Shown: positions 20,769-32,142, numbered from the stretch's first letter. The stretch: DNA of 46,925 bases from Promethearchaeota archaeon (GCA_018238625.1 JABCSY010000020.1:1-46925); one strand, 5' to 3'. Program-made: numbers and translations. The notes: generated by a model not told the origin, from the sequence alone.

Positions 20769-20891
20769 ATAAAATCAGTATTAATTTTATGGTTAGTTAT
20801 CATAGTAAAATGATTAGAATTAATTAAAAATTTATACTTTTTAATATTCAAACATTATTTTTAACAAAAACTACGAGAAAAAGCGTGTAAA

Positions 20892-22376
20892 TTAATAAAA
20901 TGTTTCTCCTGTAATTCTATTAACCTTTAAATGTCTAAACCTAGCTTGAGTTTTAATCCGTTCCATATTTAAAGATACTTTCTCTACAACCTCGGGGGGA
21001 AATAAATATTTAGCCAGTTGAATAATCATTTGTCGAGTTTCAATGCAATTAAATAATTTAAGAATCTCTAACGCGTAAAACAGCTCGGAAATTAAATCAA
21101 AATTCATATCAGCTGAAAATTCAAGAAGTTCTAAATTTCTATAAATTCTAGATATTATACTTGATAGAAGGTCATGTTCTTGTACCTTTTCTAAACAGTT
21201 TCTCATATAATTGCAAAATAATACGTAATAAGTCGCTTCAGATGAAATAAAACCATCTCTATCTTGCTTTATTCCTTCTGGAGTTATTCTATGTTCTAAT
21301 TCTTCCAATATTGCATAAATATTTTCGTCTACGTTGCGAGCACGAATAAGATTATAAATTTTTAAAATTACAACTAATTGAGACGTTTCTAAATTCTTTA
21401 GATAAGATTGCTCGAAATATTTCGAATCAGCTTCTATTAATCTATTAAGTTGAGAATTTGTAAGCCATAGTTTCATAAAATGTGTAGCTTTTAATAAGTA
21501 ATATACTCCATCAGTAGCTTGCACTAAGGGCGCTTCAAACTCATCTATCCCTTCTTCATATAAATCCATTAAAAACTTCTTAATTTTATCTTTGTCTAAT
21601 TTTAGATTAAAAACTTTTGATAAATAAATCCCACAAAAATAGAGGTCAGGGTTTTTTAGAGTAACTAATGGAATGGTGATTAACCATTCATCCATATTAT
21701 TCAAAATGTATTCTTTAATATGAGAAAAATCAAATCTCATTTCTAAATGAAAAAAGCTAATGATTCGATCTATCAAATATAAAAGCTGTAATTTTTCTTT
21801 TGGGTCCTCTAAATCTTCTAAAATCTCGATTCCTTTTTTATTTTCAATTAATTTCTTTACAAATCGCTCTTGAATTTGAAGATATTTCTTCAAATTCTCT
21901 TTTTTTTCTGGATGTTTATTAATTAGATCTTTTAAGTTCCTCAATTCAACTATAAATTCTAAACTCAGGAAATCTTTTGATTTCAAATTTAGTATAATTG
22001 GATTAACATTAATATCAACTAAGTAATCTACAACTTTTTCTAAAAAAATCTCATACAAAATAGGTGCTATTTTTATATCATAAATTTCATGAATAGAAGA
22101 AATTTTACAATCACCATTAGGATTAATCTCAAAGAAAAGGTCTAAAAATTTATTTTCTATTTCTTCTAACTCAAATTCCATTTCTAGTAAATCTGCTTTG
22201 ATAAAATCCAAAATTTCAGCAAATCTTTTATCCAAATTATCTATTTCAATTTCCTTCATTTTAACAAAATTAGTAATTCTTTCGCGAAAAAATTGGTCTA
22301 ACCTATTATAAAAAGAATCCACATTGTCCAAAAATAAGGAAAAAATGTTGAATAATCCTTGAAAAATCATTGACAA
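20892..22376 (-). CDS. Hypothetical alpha-helical protein, possible degenerate prenyltransferase-like repeats
   Basis: Long ORF; DGFISSEATYYVL and TDGVYYLL weakly resemble PFTB/squalene-cyclase repeats. Confidence 0.6.
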   Translation of the reverse strand: MSMIFQGLFNIFSLFLDNVDSFYNRLDQFFRERITNFVKMKEIEIDNLDKRFAEILDFIKADLLEMEFELEEIENKFLDLFFEINPNGDCKISSIHEIYDIKIAPILYEIFLEKVVDYLVDINVNPIILNLKSKDFLSLEFIVELRNLKDLINKHPEKKENLKKYLQIQERFVKKLIENKKGIEILEDLEDPKEKLQLLYLIDRIISFFHLEMRFDFSHIKEYILNNMDEWLITIPLVTLKNPDLYFCGIYLSKVFNLKLDKDKIKKFLMDLYEEGIDEFEAPLVQATDGVYYLLKATHFMKLWLTNSQLNRLIEADSKYFEQSYLKNLETSQLVVILKIYNLIRARNVDENIYAILEELEHRITPEGIKQDRDGFISSEATYYVLFCNYMRNCLEKVQEHDLLSSIISRIYRNLELLEFSADMNFDLISELFYALEILKLFNCIETRQMIIQLAKYLFPPEVVEKVSLNMERIKTQARFRHLKVNRITGETFY

Positions 22377-22734
22377 CTAACCTAAATTTTAATACAAGTT
22401 TTAATTATCGTTATACTCGATATTTTTATAGATTATTAGGAAGTATAGAAATTAATATTTTATTCTTATTTAGTAAAGAAAAATGAAAATATCTACAGAT
22501 TATTATTTAATTGGGCGGTGAAAATTATCAAAAAATAATTTAAAATGATACCAGTTTCTTAATGTCTTTAAAATTTATAATTTTAGCTTATAATAAAAAT
22601 CCTTCTATAAAAATAAAGATTTAACCATTTGTATTTCAACCTTAATGGATACTTAAAATTTTAAAAAATTACTTCATAAAATTTAAAATTAAAAAAAAAT
22701 CTTTAAGATATATAAGAAAATTATTAAGGCAAAG

Positions 22735-24171
22735 ATGAAAAAAATGACATCAAATATATTTGGCACTTCAGGCATAAGAATGGTGTTCCAAAATTATAGC
22801 GAGACAGATCTCATGTTTACGCCGCAAATGGCTTTAGATGTGGGATTAGCGTTGGGCACATATTTAAAAGGTACAGGTATCGTAGTTATCGGGAAGGATA
22901 TTAGAACTTCTGCTTTACCAATAGAATATTCACTAATTTCTGGGATTATAAGTACGGGATGTAATGTGAAAACGTTAGGAATTGTAACCACACCCACATT
23001 AACATTATCTCAACAATTTTTAGATGCGAATGCTGGAGTTATGATTACTGCGTCTCATAATACCCCCGAATATATTGGATTAAAATTTTGGAATCCTTCA
23101 GGTATAGGATATTCTCACGAGCAAGAAGAAGAGATTTCGCGAATATATGACGAGAAGGATTTTCTTGATATCAGATGGGATCAAATTGGAAGAGTTACTC
23201 AAGTTAATGATATTAACGATATACACATTTCAGAAATAATGAATCGTATAAAATTTGATGGAAGTAATCTTAATGTTATAGTTGACCCCGGAAACGGAGC
23301 GGGATGTGAAATCGTTCCTAAACTATTAAGTGCTTACAATGTAAATATTATTACAATCAATGCACAAATGGATGGTAAATTCCCTGGAAGGAATTCAGAA
23401 CCTAGCGAAAAAAATTTAATTCAGATTTCCAAATTTTTGAAAATATCAACGCAAGAAGACATTGGAATTGCGCTAGATGGGGATGCTGATAGAGTTATTT
23501 TTTTAGACGAAACTGGTGAAATTGTCGATCCAATTAGGTTATTAACACTCCTGGCAAAATATTACATACAAAATAATAAAAATAACATTTCTATGAATGA
23601 TATGAAAGTATCTACTCCAGTAAATTCATCTAGTTTAGTTGAAGACGTGTTACAACCATTAGGTTGCGAAGTAATAAGAACTGAGGTCGGAGATATTCAA
23701 GTAGCTCAAGCTTTACATAAGAATGGGGGATTTTTGGGTGGAGAAACTTCAGGTACATATATTTGGCCCAACTTCCATTTAGGACCAGATTCAATAGTCA
23801 CAATTGGAATAGTCTTGCAAATGATAATCAAAACCGGAAAAAGTTTAATAGAACTATTAAAAGAAATTCCAAAATATCCCTATTACCGCAAACAATTCGA
23901 GCTCAAAAAAGATATTCCCTTTACTGATGAGATAAACCAAAAAATTATTACTGAGATGAAAGAGAGCTTCGATTCTATGGGAAAAGAATTAAAAACTATT
24001 AACAAAATGGACGGTTGTAGATTCGATTACGATAATGGATGGATTTTAATAAGACGTTCAGGAACAAGCCCATATTTAAGAATTTCTGGCGAATCTAGTG
24101 TCGATATAAATCAATCAATTGATATGAATAAAATAGCAGAAGAAAAAATGAAGAAATTAAATTTAATTTAA
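22735..24171 (+). CDS. glmM: Phosphoglucosamine mutase / phosphohexomutase
   Basis: FGTSGIR, TASHN, DGDADR, GGETSG, RRSGTSP; located beside glmS and glmU. Confidence 0.85.
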   Translation: MKKMTSNIFGTSGIRMVFQNYSETDLMFTPQMALDVGLALGTYLKGTGIVVIGKDIRTSALPIEYSLISGIISTGCNVKTLGIVTTPTLTLSQQFLDANAGVMITASHNTPEYIGLKFWNPSGIGYSHEQEEEISRIYDEKDFLDIRWDQIGRVTQVNDINDIHISEIMNRIKFDGSNLNVIVDPGNGAGCEIVPKLLSAYNVNIITINAQMDGKFPGRNSEPSEKNLIQISKFLKISTQEDIGIALDGDADRVIFLDETGEIVDPIRLLTLLAKYYIQNNKNNISMNDMKVSTPVNSSSLVEDVLQPLGCEVIRTEVGDIQVAQALHKNGGFLGGETSGTYIWPNFHLGPDSIVTIGIVLQMIIKTGKSLIELLKEIPKYPYYRKQFELKKDIPFTDEINQKIITEMKESFDSMGKELKTINKMDGCRFDYDNGWILIRRSGTSPYLRISGESSVDINQSIDMNKIAEEKMKKLNLI

Positions 24172-24205
24172 AACTTTTATTAAGCATTTATTTTTCTATT
24201 TGTAG

Positions 24206-25162
24206 TTAATTGTTTATAATTTCTATTCCTTTTTGTTCGAGCTTTTTTTTGTTAGCAAGAAGTTCTCTACCAGCAATTTTATCCAAAATATAAATTAAAT
24301 TGCCAGCTTTTTCCGAATATATCTGACCATAAGATATTGGAACGTCCGGAGTAGGTACATTTAGTAATGATTCAGTAACAGATTTAGTTTTTCGTTCTCC
24401 ATTAGCTAATAACAAAACTGTTTTCGCCTTATATACTAGCTCAGCACCCATAGTGATAGCATAACGAGGGCATTCATTTTCTGAGTTAAATTGCCCATCG
24501 ATTACGGCATTCGTTACTGTATTTTTATCAAGTTTTATTAACATAACTTTACTTCCTTCAAAGGGAATTCCTGATTCATGGAATGCAACATGGCCGCGCC
24601 CACCAACTCCTATAACTTGTAAATCAATACCGCCAGATTTTTCAATTTTTTGGGTGTATCCATCCAAAATTGTTTCACGAATCCAATTTAGATATTCTGA
24701 AGAAGCGTTATTTTTAATGACAATTGATTTTCCCGAATCAGTCCCTAATTCAATCCAATCTTCAGGATGGGATGATAGTTCTTGCATCAGTTGTTTTTGA
24801 TCGATTAAACAAGCGTAAGGTAAAGTTGTTTCGATAAATTTATTGTTAAGAAGCCCAAAGAATTCTTTAATCATAAAGTAGCAATAACTTTGCGGGTGTA
24901 TCGTGCGTTGTTGAGCATTCTCTCCCGGGAGACCAATATATTCGTCGAGATTAAAACTGCGAACCCTATTGCTGTCAAATTTTTTAACGTTTGCCATTTG
25001 GGCAAGTTCTTTATAAAGACCCGTTGGTGAATTTCCTGTTGCAAGCCCTAAAACATATTCATCCTTGTCTTGTAATCCTTGGATAATATGTTCTTTTACG
25101 ATTTCCGCTGCAACCTTGCTTAGCTTTTCAAAGTTATCTGTTACAAATACTTTAATTGCCAT
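24206..25162 (-). CDS. nagB: Glucosamine-6-phosphate deaminase (long form with insertion)
   Basis: LGLATGNSP, FNLDEYIGL, GGIDLQVIGVG..GHVAFHE, AITMG. Confidence 0.85.
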   Translation of the reverse strand: MAIKVFVTDNFEKLSKVAAEIVKEHIIQGLQDKDEYVLGLATGNSPTGLYKELAQMANVKKFDSNRVRSFNLDEYIGLPGENAQQRTIHPQSYCYFMIKEFFGLLNNKFIETTLPYACLIDQKQLMQELSSHPEDWIELGTDSGKSIVIKNNASSEYLNWIRETILDGYTQKIEKSGGIDLQVIGVGGRGHVAFHESGIPFEGSKVMLIKLDKNTVTNAVIDGQFNSENECPRYAITMGAELVYKAKTVLLLANGERKTKSVTESLLNVPTPDVPISYGQIYSEKAGNLIYILDKIAGRELLANKKKLEQKGIEIINN

Positions 25163-25214
25163 AAATAATTCCTTTAAATATATTTTAAACTAAAAAAAGT
25201 TCTTTTTAATAAAA

Positions 25215-27068
25215 ATGTGTGGTATTTTTGGATTAATTACAAATAATCAAGAAATCTCAGTAGGAAAAGTTGTCTTCGAAGGAATAAAGCGGTTAGAATA
25301 CCGTGGTTATGATTCGTGCGGTATTGTTTCACTTTATAATTCAAAACTATTTATTAAAAAAGAAGCTGGAAAAATTGATGAAATCCAAAAAAAAATAAAT
25401 TTAGCAGATATTCCAAATAACTCTAAACTTGCCCTTGCCCACACTCGGTGGGCTACCCATGGAAAGCCCTCTAGGATTAACAGCCATCCACATTTAGATT
25501 GTTTAAACAAAATTGCAGTTGTACATAATGGGATAATAGAGAATTTTATGGAATTGCGGAATGAACTTTCTTCAGCAGGACACACATTTAAATCTGATAC
25601 TGATACTGAAGTTATTCCCCATTTAATTGAAGATTTTATGAAAAAAGGTAATAATCTTAAGGTTGCTATTATAAACGCATTAAAGAAATGCGAAGGAGCA
25701 TACGCAATAGCAGTTTGTCAGGTTGATAATCCTGATATGATTATAGTTGCTCGAAAGGAATCTCCCTTGATAATTGGAATAGAAGAAGGAAAAACAACTT
25801 ATTGTTCTTCAGATATTCCTGCTTTTCTACCTCTTACTCGTAAATGTTATATAATGGAAGATAACGAACTTGCTGTTTTGAAAGCGGGAGAAGTAGAATT
25901 TTTTGATCTTAAAAACGATAATGAATTGATTAAAAAAAAAATACAAAATATTGAATGGAATATTGATGCTGCAGAAAAGGGAGGTTACCCGCATTTTATG
26001 CTTAAAGAAATTTACGAAGAGCCAAATGCATTAAGACTTACTATGAAAATTTCAGAACAACTTTTAAGTAAGTTTGCAAACGCTTTATTATCAGCAGATA
26101 ACATATATATCACAGCAGCGGGTACATCTTACCACGCAGCACTAGCAGGAAAATTTATAATTACTAGATTTCTTGGTAAACACATTCAAGATATAGAATG
26201 CTCTGAATTTGAGACTCAATTAACAGGTAATTTACAAAATAATTCCGTGATAATTGCAATCTCACAATCAGGTGAAACGATTGATACGATTGAAGCAATT
26301 AGATGGGCAAAAAAAGCAAAATCTGTTAAAATCTTAACGATTACTAATGTTGTAGGCTCATCAATCACTAGGCATTCCGATCATGTGATCGTAACAAATG
26401 CCGGACCTGAGATTGGTGTTGCAGCAACAAAAACTTATAGCACACAAGTTCTTGCTCTTGCTTTGATAGCAGTTTCAATCGCAAAGATTAGAAAAACAAT
26501 ATCTGATGAAGAAATAATAAAATACTACGATGCTTTAGCTGGAATTCCTAATATCATTGAAAAATTCCTTGAAAAAAACGTTGATTTAATTAAATATATC
26601 GTAAACAATTTAGAAAAAAATATGAATTATTTCTTTTTAGCAAGAGGTATTTCAATCGCAACTGCCAAAGAAGGAGGATTAAAATTGAAAGAAGTTGCTT
26701 GTCGGTTTATCGAAGGTTATTCAGCAGCTTCAGCTAAACATGGGCCAATCTCTTTAGTAAGAGAAGGATTTCCAATAATCTTTATTGCTCCACCTGACGA
26801 GACATATAATAGATTAGTTGGGAACGTAATGGAGTTTAAATCTAGAGGAGGAAGAATTATTTCCATTGTTGTGGAAAGCGATGAAAAAATAACAAAATTA
26901 AGTGACATAACAATTCGAATTCCTCAACCTGCTAACAAATATCATAACCTTTTCAGCCCAATTACTTTCATGCCAGCTTTACAGTTATTAGCTTATTACG
27001 CCGCTTTAGCTCATGATTTGGACCCTGATAAGCCATTAAATCTTAGTAAGACTGTGACCGTTCATTAA
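25215..27068 (+). CDS. glmS: Glutamine-fructose-6-phosphate transaminase
   Basis: MCGI, LEYRGYDS, HTRWATHG, SQSGET, KHGP, NLSKTVTV. Confidence 0.98.
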   Translation: MCGIFGLITNNQEISVGKVVFEGIKRLEYRGYDSCGIVSLYNSKLFIKKEAGKIDEIQKKINLADIPNNSKLALAHTRWATHGKPSRINSHPHLDCLNKIAVVHNGIIENFMELRNELSSAGHTFKSDTDTEVIPHLIEDFMKKGNNLKVAIINALKKCEGAYAIAVCQVDNPDMIIVARKESPLIIGIEEGKTTYCSSDIPAFLPLTRKCYIMEDNELAVLKAGEVEFFDLKNDNELIKKKIQNIEWNIDAAEKGGYPHFMLKEIYEEPNALRLTMKISEQLLSKFANALLSADNIYITAAGTSYHAALAGKFIITRFLGKHIQDIECSEFETQLTGNLQNNSVIIAISQSGETIDTIEAIRWAKKAKSVKILTITNVVGSSITRHSDHVIVTNAGPEIGVAATKTYSTQVLALALIAVSIAKIRKTISDEEIIKYYDALAGIPNIIEKFLEKNVDLIKYIVNNLEKNMNYFFLARGISIATAKEGGLKLKEVACRFIEGYSAASAKHGPISLVREGFPIIFIAPPDETYNRLVGNVMEFKSRGGRIISIVVESDEKITKLSDITIRIPQPANKYHNLFSPITFMPALQLLAYYAALAHDLDPDKPLNLSKTVTVH

Positions 27069-27177
27069 AGATATTCTTTACTCTTATCAACATTTAAAAT
27101 TCTTCCTATTATTGTTTTTAACAATAATAAAGAAATAAGAATAAGCAAAAAAGTAGTATTAAATGAAAAGACGATTT

Positions 27178-28419
27178 CTAAATAAAGGATGGAAGATACT
27201 TCAATATTGCATTTCTTGCGTTATCAACAATACTTAAAAGCCAAGAAGTTCCAACTTTTAAATTGTGCTCGTCTAAATTTTGTATTACATTAATATAATC
27301 CTTATTTGTTGTATCTATGTTATTTAAAAATTCATCCTTTATTTTCTCATTGCCAGAATATGATAGACATTCATTAAAGCATATTTCGATTTTTTGTATG
27401 TTTTCAAGTAATTCTCTTTTTTGATTTATTAACTCATTTGACGCTTCATTACCCTTAATTGATTTATACAATTCAATGGATTTTTCCATCTTACTAGCTA
27501 ATTGTCTGAATCTTTTAATTCTTTCATTGAAAATAATCTCAAGTTTTTCAAGTGCACCTTCATAAAGCAGTTTTTCCATATCGCTTCCTTGAAAAAACTT
27601 AGAACGTACAATAAGGTACCATTGCCTAAGAGCTATTATGTTTGCAATATATTCAATACAATTAGTAACCCTTCTTTTAACGCTCCAATATAGTCCCGGA
27701 TAGAAATCCATATCCCCCTTTTGAAGCTCTTTACCCATTAAAAGCTTATGACCTTGGGGACAATCTCCGCGGTAAATAACTCCAGCTGCAATCACTGTCT
27801 TATAACCTACTCGACTAGGTCCTACTATTCCACCTTGTCCCCCTAAAAAGATAGGCGGTTGATTGAGCATAACACCATATGCTACATCTCCAATTAAAGA
27901 TGCAGTTGCTTTATCTTGATTAGGTGTATAATTAAAATGAATGTATGAACTTCCCACTTCACTATGGTTTGATCTACTCGTCCCACCTGCCATTAAAATG
28001 TCACAAAAATTAACAATGCTCCCTAATGTCACAAATGGGAAAAGGACTGTTTGTTTAAGACCTACTGTGTGAGCCCCATTAGCCTCCTCCTCTAGAATGC
28101 ATCCCTCCCGGACTTCGGCACCATCACCCATATTCGCAGAATCCAGAAATGTTGATCCTTCAAAATATCCGCCTTTTAATTCAACTTTTTTCCCTAATTG
28201 ACAATTTTTAATGGTAACTGGAGACCTACTACCCAGCTTAACTCCCGGCATAATAAGAGTCTTTTTGCCAAATATTTTACATCCTGAGTGTATCGTAACA
28301 TCCTCAGATGATATCAGATTAATGTCGACTTCCTCACCTATTTCAACCGAAGAAGGATTTGGTATTTTGACTCCTTTTTCAATTAAAGCGGTAATTAATG
28401 AGTTTTTATTATATACCAT
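27178..28419 (-). CDS. GlmU-like left-handed beta-helix protein lacking a nucleotidyltransferase domain
   Basis: LIEKGVKIPNP start and hexapeptide-type repeats resemble the GlmU acetyltransferase half; helical C-terminal extension. Confidence 0.7.
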   Translation of the reverse strand: MVYNKNSLITALIEKGVKIPNPSSVEIGEEVDINLISSEDVTIHSGCKIFGKKTLIMPGVKLGSRSPVTIKNCQLGKKVELKGGYFEGSTFLDSANMGDGAEVREGCILEEEANGAHTVGLKQTVLFPFVTLGSIVNFCDILMAGGTSRSNHSEVGSSYIHFNYTPNQDKATASLIGDVAYGVMLNQPPIFLGGQGGIVGPSRVGYKTVIAAGVIYRGDCPQGHKLLMGKELQKGDMDFYPGLYWSVKRRVTNCIEYIANIIALRQWYLIVRSKFFQGSDMEKLLYEGALEKLEIIFNERIKRFRQLASKMEKSIELYKSIKGNEASNELINQKRELLENIQKIEICFNECLSYSGNEKIKDEFLNNIDTTNKDYINVIQNLDEHNLKVGTSWLLSIVDNARNAILKYLPSFI

Positions 28420-28471
28420 ATAATCATATCACTTTTCTGGTTCATATTTCTTATTTTTTTAATAAAAATAA

Positions 28472-29761
28472 TTATAATAAACTCTTCTTAATAATCCCTT
28501 TATTTGGATCATGGTAATAAAGAGTATTTGGAGGGATATCCTCATTTACTATAGTATGGGCTCCGATTCTTGAATTTTCACTAATGATTTTGCCTGTCAT
28601 TATGCTTACATTTATTCCGGTTTTCACATTTGGACCAATTATTGTACCCAATTTTCTTCTTCTTGAATCAACTAACTGACCTTTAATAGACACATTAACG
28701 CTCTTTTCATCAAGTCTTAAATTTGCAACTTTAGTTCCTGCTCCCAGATTTACATTTTCGCAAACAATTGAATCTCCAACGTAATTAAAGTGAGGAATTG
28801 TAGTATTTGATAAAATAATAGAATTCTTAATTTCACTCATGCCAATATAACAATCATTAGCAATGAATGTATATGGTCTTATAAACGAATTAGGCCCGAT
28901 TAAATTGTTATTTCCGATATAACAAGGACCTTGAATATAAGAGCCAGAACGAATGTTAGTTCCTTCGCCAATATGCACTTTCCCTGTGATTTGAACATTT
29001 TCTTCAATCTGGCCCATTATCTTCTTTTCTATTTTGTCTAAAATATAATTATTGGCATCTAAAAATTGCCAAGGTAATCCTATATCGCTCCAGAAGTAAT
29101 CTTTTATTGTATAACCGGCAATACTTCCTTTAAATTGTTTTATCAGAATTTCCATAGAATCTGTAAATTCATATTCCCCTCGAATAGATTTATCAGTCTT
29201 TTCAATTGCTTGAAAGATTTTAGATTCGAATATAAAAACTCCTGCATTTGCTAGATTTCCTAAATTCATCTCAGGTGTGGGTTTTTCAACAATTTTTTCA
29301 ACAAAACCATTAGGATCTAAAGAGATGATACCAAATTCTTCAGGATTTTTCACTTCCATTAATAAAATTATACCTTCTACTTTGTTTTCATTAAATTTTT
29401 GAACAATTTCTTGATAAACTTTAGGTTCTACCAATAAATCTCCATACATAAATAATACAGATTCATTGTTCGCAAATTTTTTAGCTAATCCAAAAGCATG
29501 AGCAGTTCCCAATTGCTCCTCTTGCGTGATATATTCAATGCTTAAATTAAAATTTTCTTTTCCGTTTCCAAAATAGGCTCTAATAATATCTTTTTTATAT
29601 CCAACTATTAATAAAATTTCAGTAATCCCTGCGGCTTTTAACCCTAAGATTGTGTGTTCCAATAATGGCTTACCTACCAGAGGGATCATAGGTTTTGGGC
29701 GAGAAGAAGTTATAGGCATCAATCTCTTTCCCTTTCCCGCAGTTATAATAACAGCTTTCAT
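28472..29761 (-). CDS. glmU: Archaeal bifunctional GlmU (sugar-1-P nucleotidyltransferase/acetyltransferase)
   Basis: AGKGKRLMPITSSRPKPM, EQLGTAHA, HFNYVGDS, NLGAGT. Start moved to the ATG following the AGGTGA RBS. Confidence 0.9.
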   Translation of the reverse strand: MKAVIITAGKGKRLMPITSSRPKPMIPLVGKPLLEHTILGLKAAGITEILLIVGYKKDIIRAYFGNGKENFNLSIEYITQEEQLGTAHAFGLAKKFANNESVLFMYGDLLVEPKVYQEIVQKFNENKVEGIILLMEVKNPEEFGIISLDPNGFVEKIVEKPTPEMNLGNLANAGVFIFESKIFQAIEKTDKSIRGEYEFTDSMEILIKQFKGSIAGYTIKDYFWSDIGLPWQFLDANNYILDKIEKKIMGQIEENVQITGKVHIGEGTNIRSGSYIQGPCYIGNNNLIGPNSFIRPYTFIANDCYIGMSEIKNSIILSNTTIPHFNYVGDSIVCENVNLGAGTKVANLRLDEKSVNVSIKGQLVDSRRRKLGTIIGPNVKTGINVSIMTGKIISENSRIGAHTIVNEDIPPNTLYYHDPNKGIIKKSLL

Positions 29762-29803
29762 ATACTCACCTAGCAAAAACAGATAACGTCTATTAAAGGC
29801 TTT

Positions 29804-31294
29804 TCACGCCTTTTCTACACGAAATATGTGGCTTTTCCAACCCTCTAATTCGATATATAATCCATTTTCACGAAGATATTTTCCTTTATGAATATACTCG
29901 TTCCTTGTAAGCAGATCTGTAAACTTCCAGCTAAAAAGTCCAAAATCTATATCTTCTATTATTATGTGCGCTTTGGAAGAAATTAAACTATAATTGACAA
30001 CAATTAATAGTCGATCCTTATCTGTCCACCACTGATACGAAATAATATTGTTGAAAGAGTTATCACTTGATGCGACAGGTTTATCTTTACATAAGGACCA
30101 ATTTCCACTATCAAACTCTCTTCCGGGAATAATTTTCAACAAATTGTCATAGAATTCCATAAGAGCTACGTCACCTTCTTCTGTCGCTGCCCTTCCTAAT
30201 TGAACAGGTAATTTTATTTCGTATCCTCGTGTTTGACCTTCAAAAATCAATCGAGCCCCAGGTAACGTTGATGTAATAACAACAGCAGCTTTTGAGGCTT
30301 CAGTTCCAAACACCGTTATAGCTCTTGGTTCATCGTGATTTTCAATAAAGCGAAGCAATTTACTTTGGTAATCCCAATCTGCTTTGAGATGTTCGTTGAC
30401 TCTCTGAGCACTATCATTAGCTAACCGTTCGTATAGTTTCTTATCATAACAATAATCAAATCCTTGCTTCATCAATTCGAATTCCATATCCCAATACACT
30501 TCAGCTATAAACTTAAAATCGGGGAATTTATTTTTTACAGCAACAATAATTTCTTCCCAAAATTCTTTTTCAAGAGCCTGACCTGCTTTTTCCTCCCATG
30601 TGCGGCTAAAAACGCTATTAGTCATTAACATTGCCATATCACATCTAACACCATCACATTGTTGGGCGATCGAAAGTAGCGTGTTAATAGCTTTTGAACG
30701 AGCTTCAGACGAAAACGCATTGATTTGCACGGTGTCGGTCCAGGGAGGAAAATTCGGATCGCGACCATGAGCATAAACAATATCACCTAAAGAGAAATAG
30801 TCGTAGGGTTTAGTTATCAAATCATCTAAAGTTCCTTTTATAAAAACATCTGATTTTTCAAGCGTCCAGAGATGATCAGTCGAAACATGATTAGGTACGT
30901 AATCTAAAATAAGTAGTAAATCGTGGTCCGCTAAATCAGCTCTAAATGATTTAAGCGCATCAGAACCTCCTAATTGAGAACTAACATGATAATAATATAC
31001 TGAATATGGCGAACCAATAACATCATCGGTATTAAAATAGTGTAACGCCTTGCGATATTCTTCTTGTAAACCTTCATGGTTTATCGCAATTTCCCTTCCT
31101 ATAGGACTACGTTCCCAAACACCCATCATCCACACGACATCAAAAGGAGTTAATTCTTGATCTATTAATTCTATGGGTATTGAATCAAGTTTAATATTAT
31201 GACCATAAATATCAGATAAATTCGCTAACCACGGCCACGTGTTAATTTCGTAAATTTTAGGGTGTTTAGGCCATACAATCTTTTTTATTGACAT
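29804..31294 (-). CDS. GH13 alpha-amylase family glycosidase
   Basis: DYVPNH, GVRCDMA, AEVYW, ENHDE catalytic regions. Confidence 0.92.
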   Translation of the reverse strand: MSIKKIVWPKHPKIYEINTWPWLANLSDIYGHNIKLDSIPIELIDQELTPFDVVWMMGVWERSPIGREIAINHEGLQEEYRKALHYFNTDDVIGSPYSVYYYHVSSQLGGSDALKSFRADLADHDLLLILDYVPNHVSTDHLWTLEKSDVFIKGTLDDLITKPYDYFSLGDIVYAHGRDPNFPPWTDTVQINAFSSEARSKAINTLLSIAQQCDGVRCDMAMLMTNSVFSRTWEEKAGQALEKEFWEEIIVAVKNKFPDFKFIAEVYWDMEFELMKQGFDYCYDKKLYERLANDSAQRVNEHLKADWDYQSKLLRFIENHDEPRAITVFGTEASKAAVVITSTLPGARLIFEGQTRGYEIKLPVQLGRAATEEGDVALMEFYDNLLKIIPGREFDSGNWSLCKDKPVASSDNSFNNIISYQWWTDKDRLLIVVNYSLISSKAHIIIEDIDFGLFSWKFTDLLTRNEYIHKGKYLRENGLYIELEGWKSHIFRVEKA

Positions 31295-31517
31295 GATTAA
31301 TTTTGGATCGATTCATTCTTAGTATTAGTGAATAATAAATATCCCTCTTAATATAAAAAATAAATCCTATTTTAGTTTCAAATTTCGAACAGAAGATAAC
31401 GAGAAATTTATTGCTAAGTAATTTTTTATCAACTTTTTTATAAATAAATATAAATTAATAGACAATCATATCTATAATATCTATAATAAAGAAAAATAAA
31501 AGAAGTAAGTCTTGAAA

Positions 31518-32084
31518 ATGAGTGAAGAGAAAGAGGCAATTCGAAAGCTTATAATGCTGATTTCGGATTTGCGCGCTAAAGATGAGGAGCGATACGAGGC
31601 TCACGTTAATTTTATGAACGAAACTATTAAAATGATTAGTGCAATTGAGTCTCAGATGAATAAACACTGGTCTACTGTGTTAGAGTCCCTCAAGGAATTA
31701 AACGAGGACATAAACAATAATTTAGACAGTTTACTTACTGGAATAAACCCAAAAGGGTTAAGAGAAACGTCTAAATCGCTTCAAGAAATCATGGATACAA
31801 TGAACAAGAGCGTTCAATCGATGAATTTGGAAAAAGTGTTAAGCGAACTTAAATTCTTAAAAGCCTCTACAATGCCAATCCTACCCGCAACAGCAATTCC
31901 GGGGACGGTTTCTGTAGGGCAACAACCAGAACTAATTTCAGCTAATATTAATCTAAAACCTCCCGTTGGTGCAGTAACTCCACAAGAACCTGAAATATAC
32001 GGATTTGTCCCGGGAAAAAAGAAGAAGAAGAAAGATGATGAGGAAGAACCTCATTTAATGAAACCATCAGATTTATTCAAATAA
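31518..32084 (+). CDS. Hypothetical coiled-coil protein with Pro-rich linker and poly-Lys/acidic tail
   Basis: Heptad-rich N-terminus, KKKKKKDDEEE tail; ATG two codons after the track's TTG. Confidence 0.7.
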   Translation: MSEEKEAIRKLIMLISDLRAKDEERYEAHVNFMNETIKMISAIESQMNKHWSTVLESLKELNEDINNNLDSLLTGINPKGLRETSKSLQEIMDTMNKSVQSMNLEKVLSELKFLKASTMPILPATAIPGTVSVGQQPELISANINLKPPVGAVTPQEPEIYGFVPGKKKKKKDDEEEPHLMKPSDLFK

Positions 32085-32142
32085 AAACGCTTGTACTCGT
32101 ATTAGAATTCATTTCCGCGTTTTTAAGATTTACGTATTCAAT

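Noticed and set aside
25163-25214. glmS ribozyme
   Set aside because: Only 52 nt, almost all A/T
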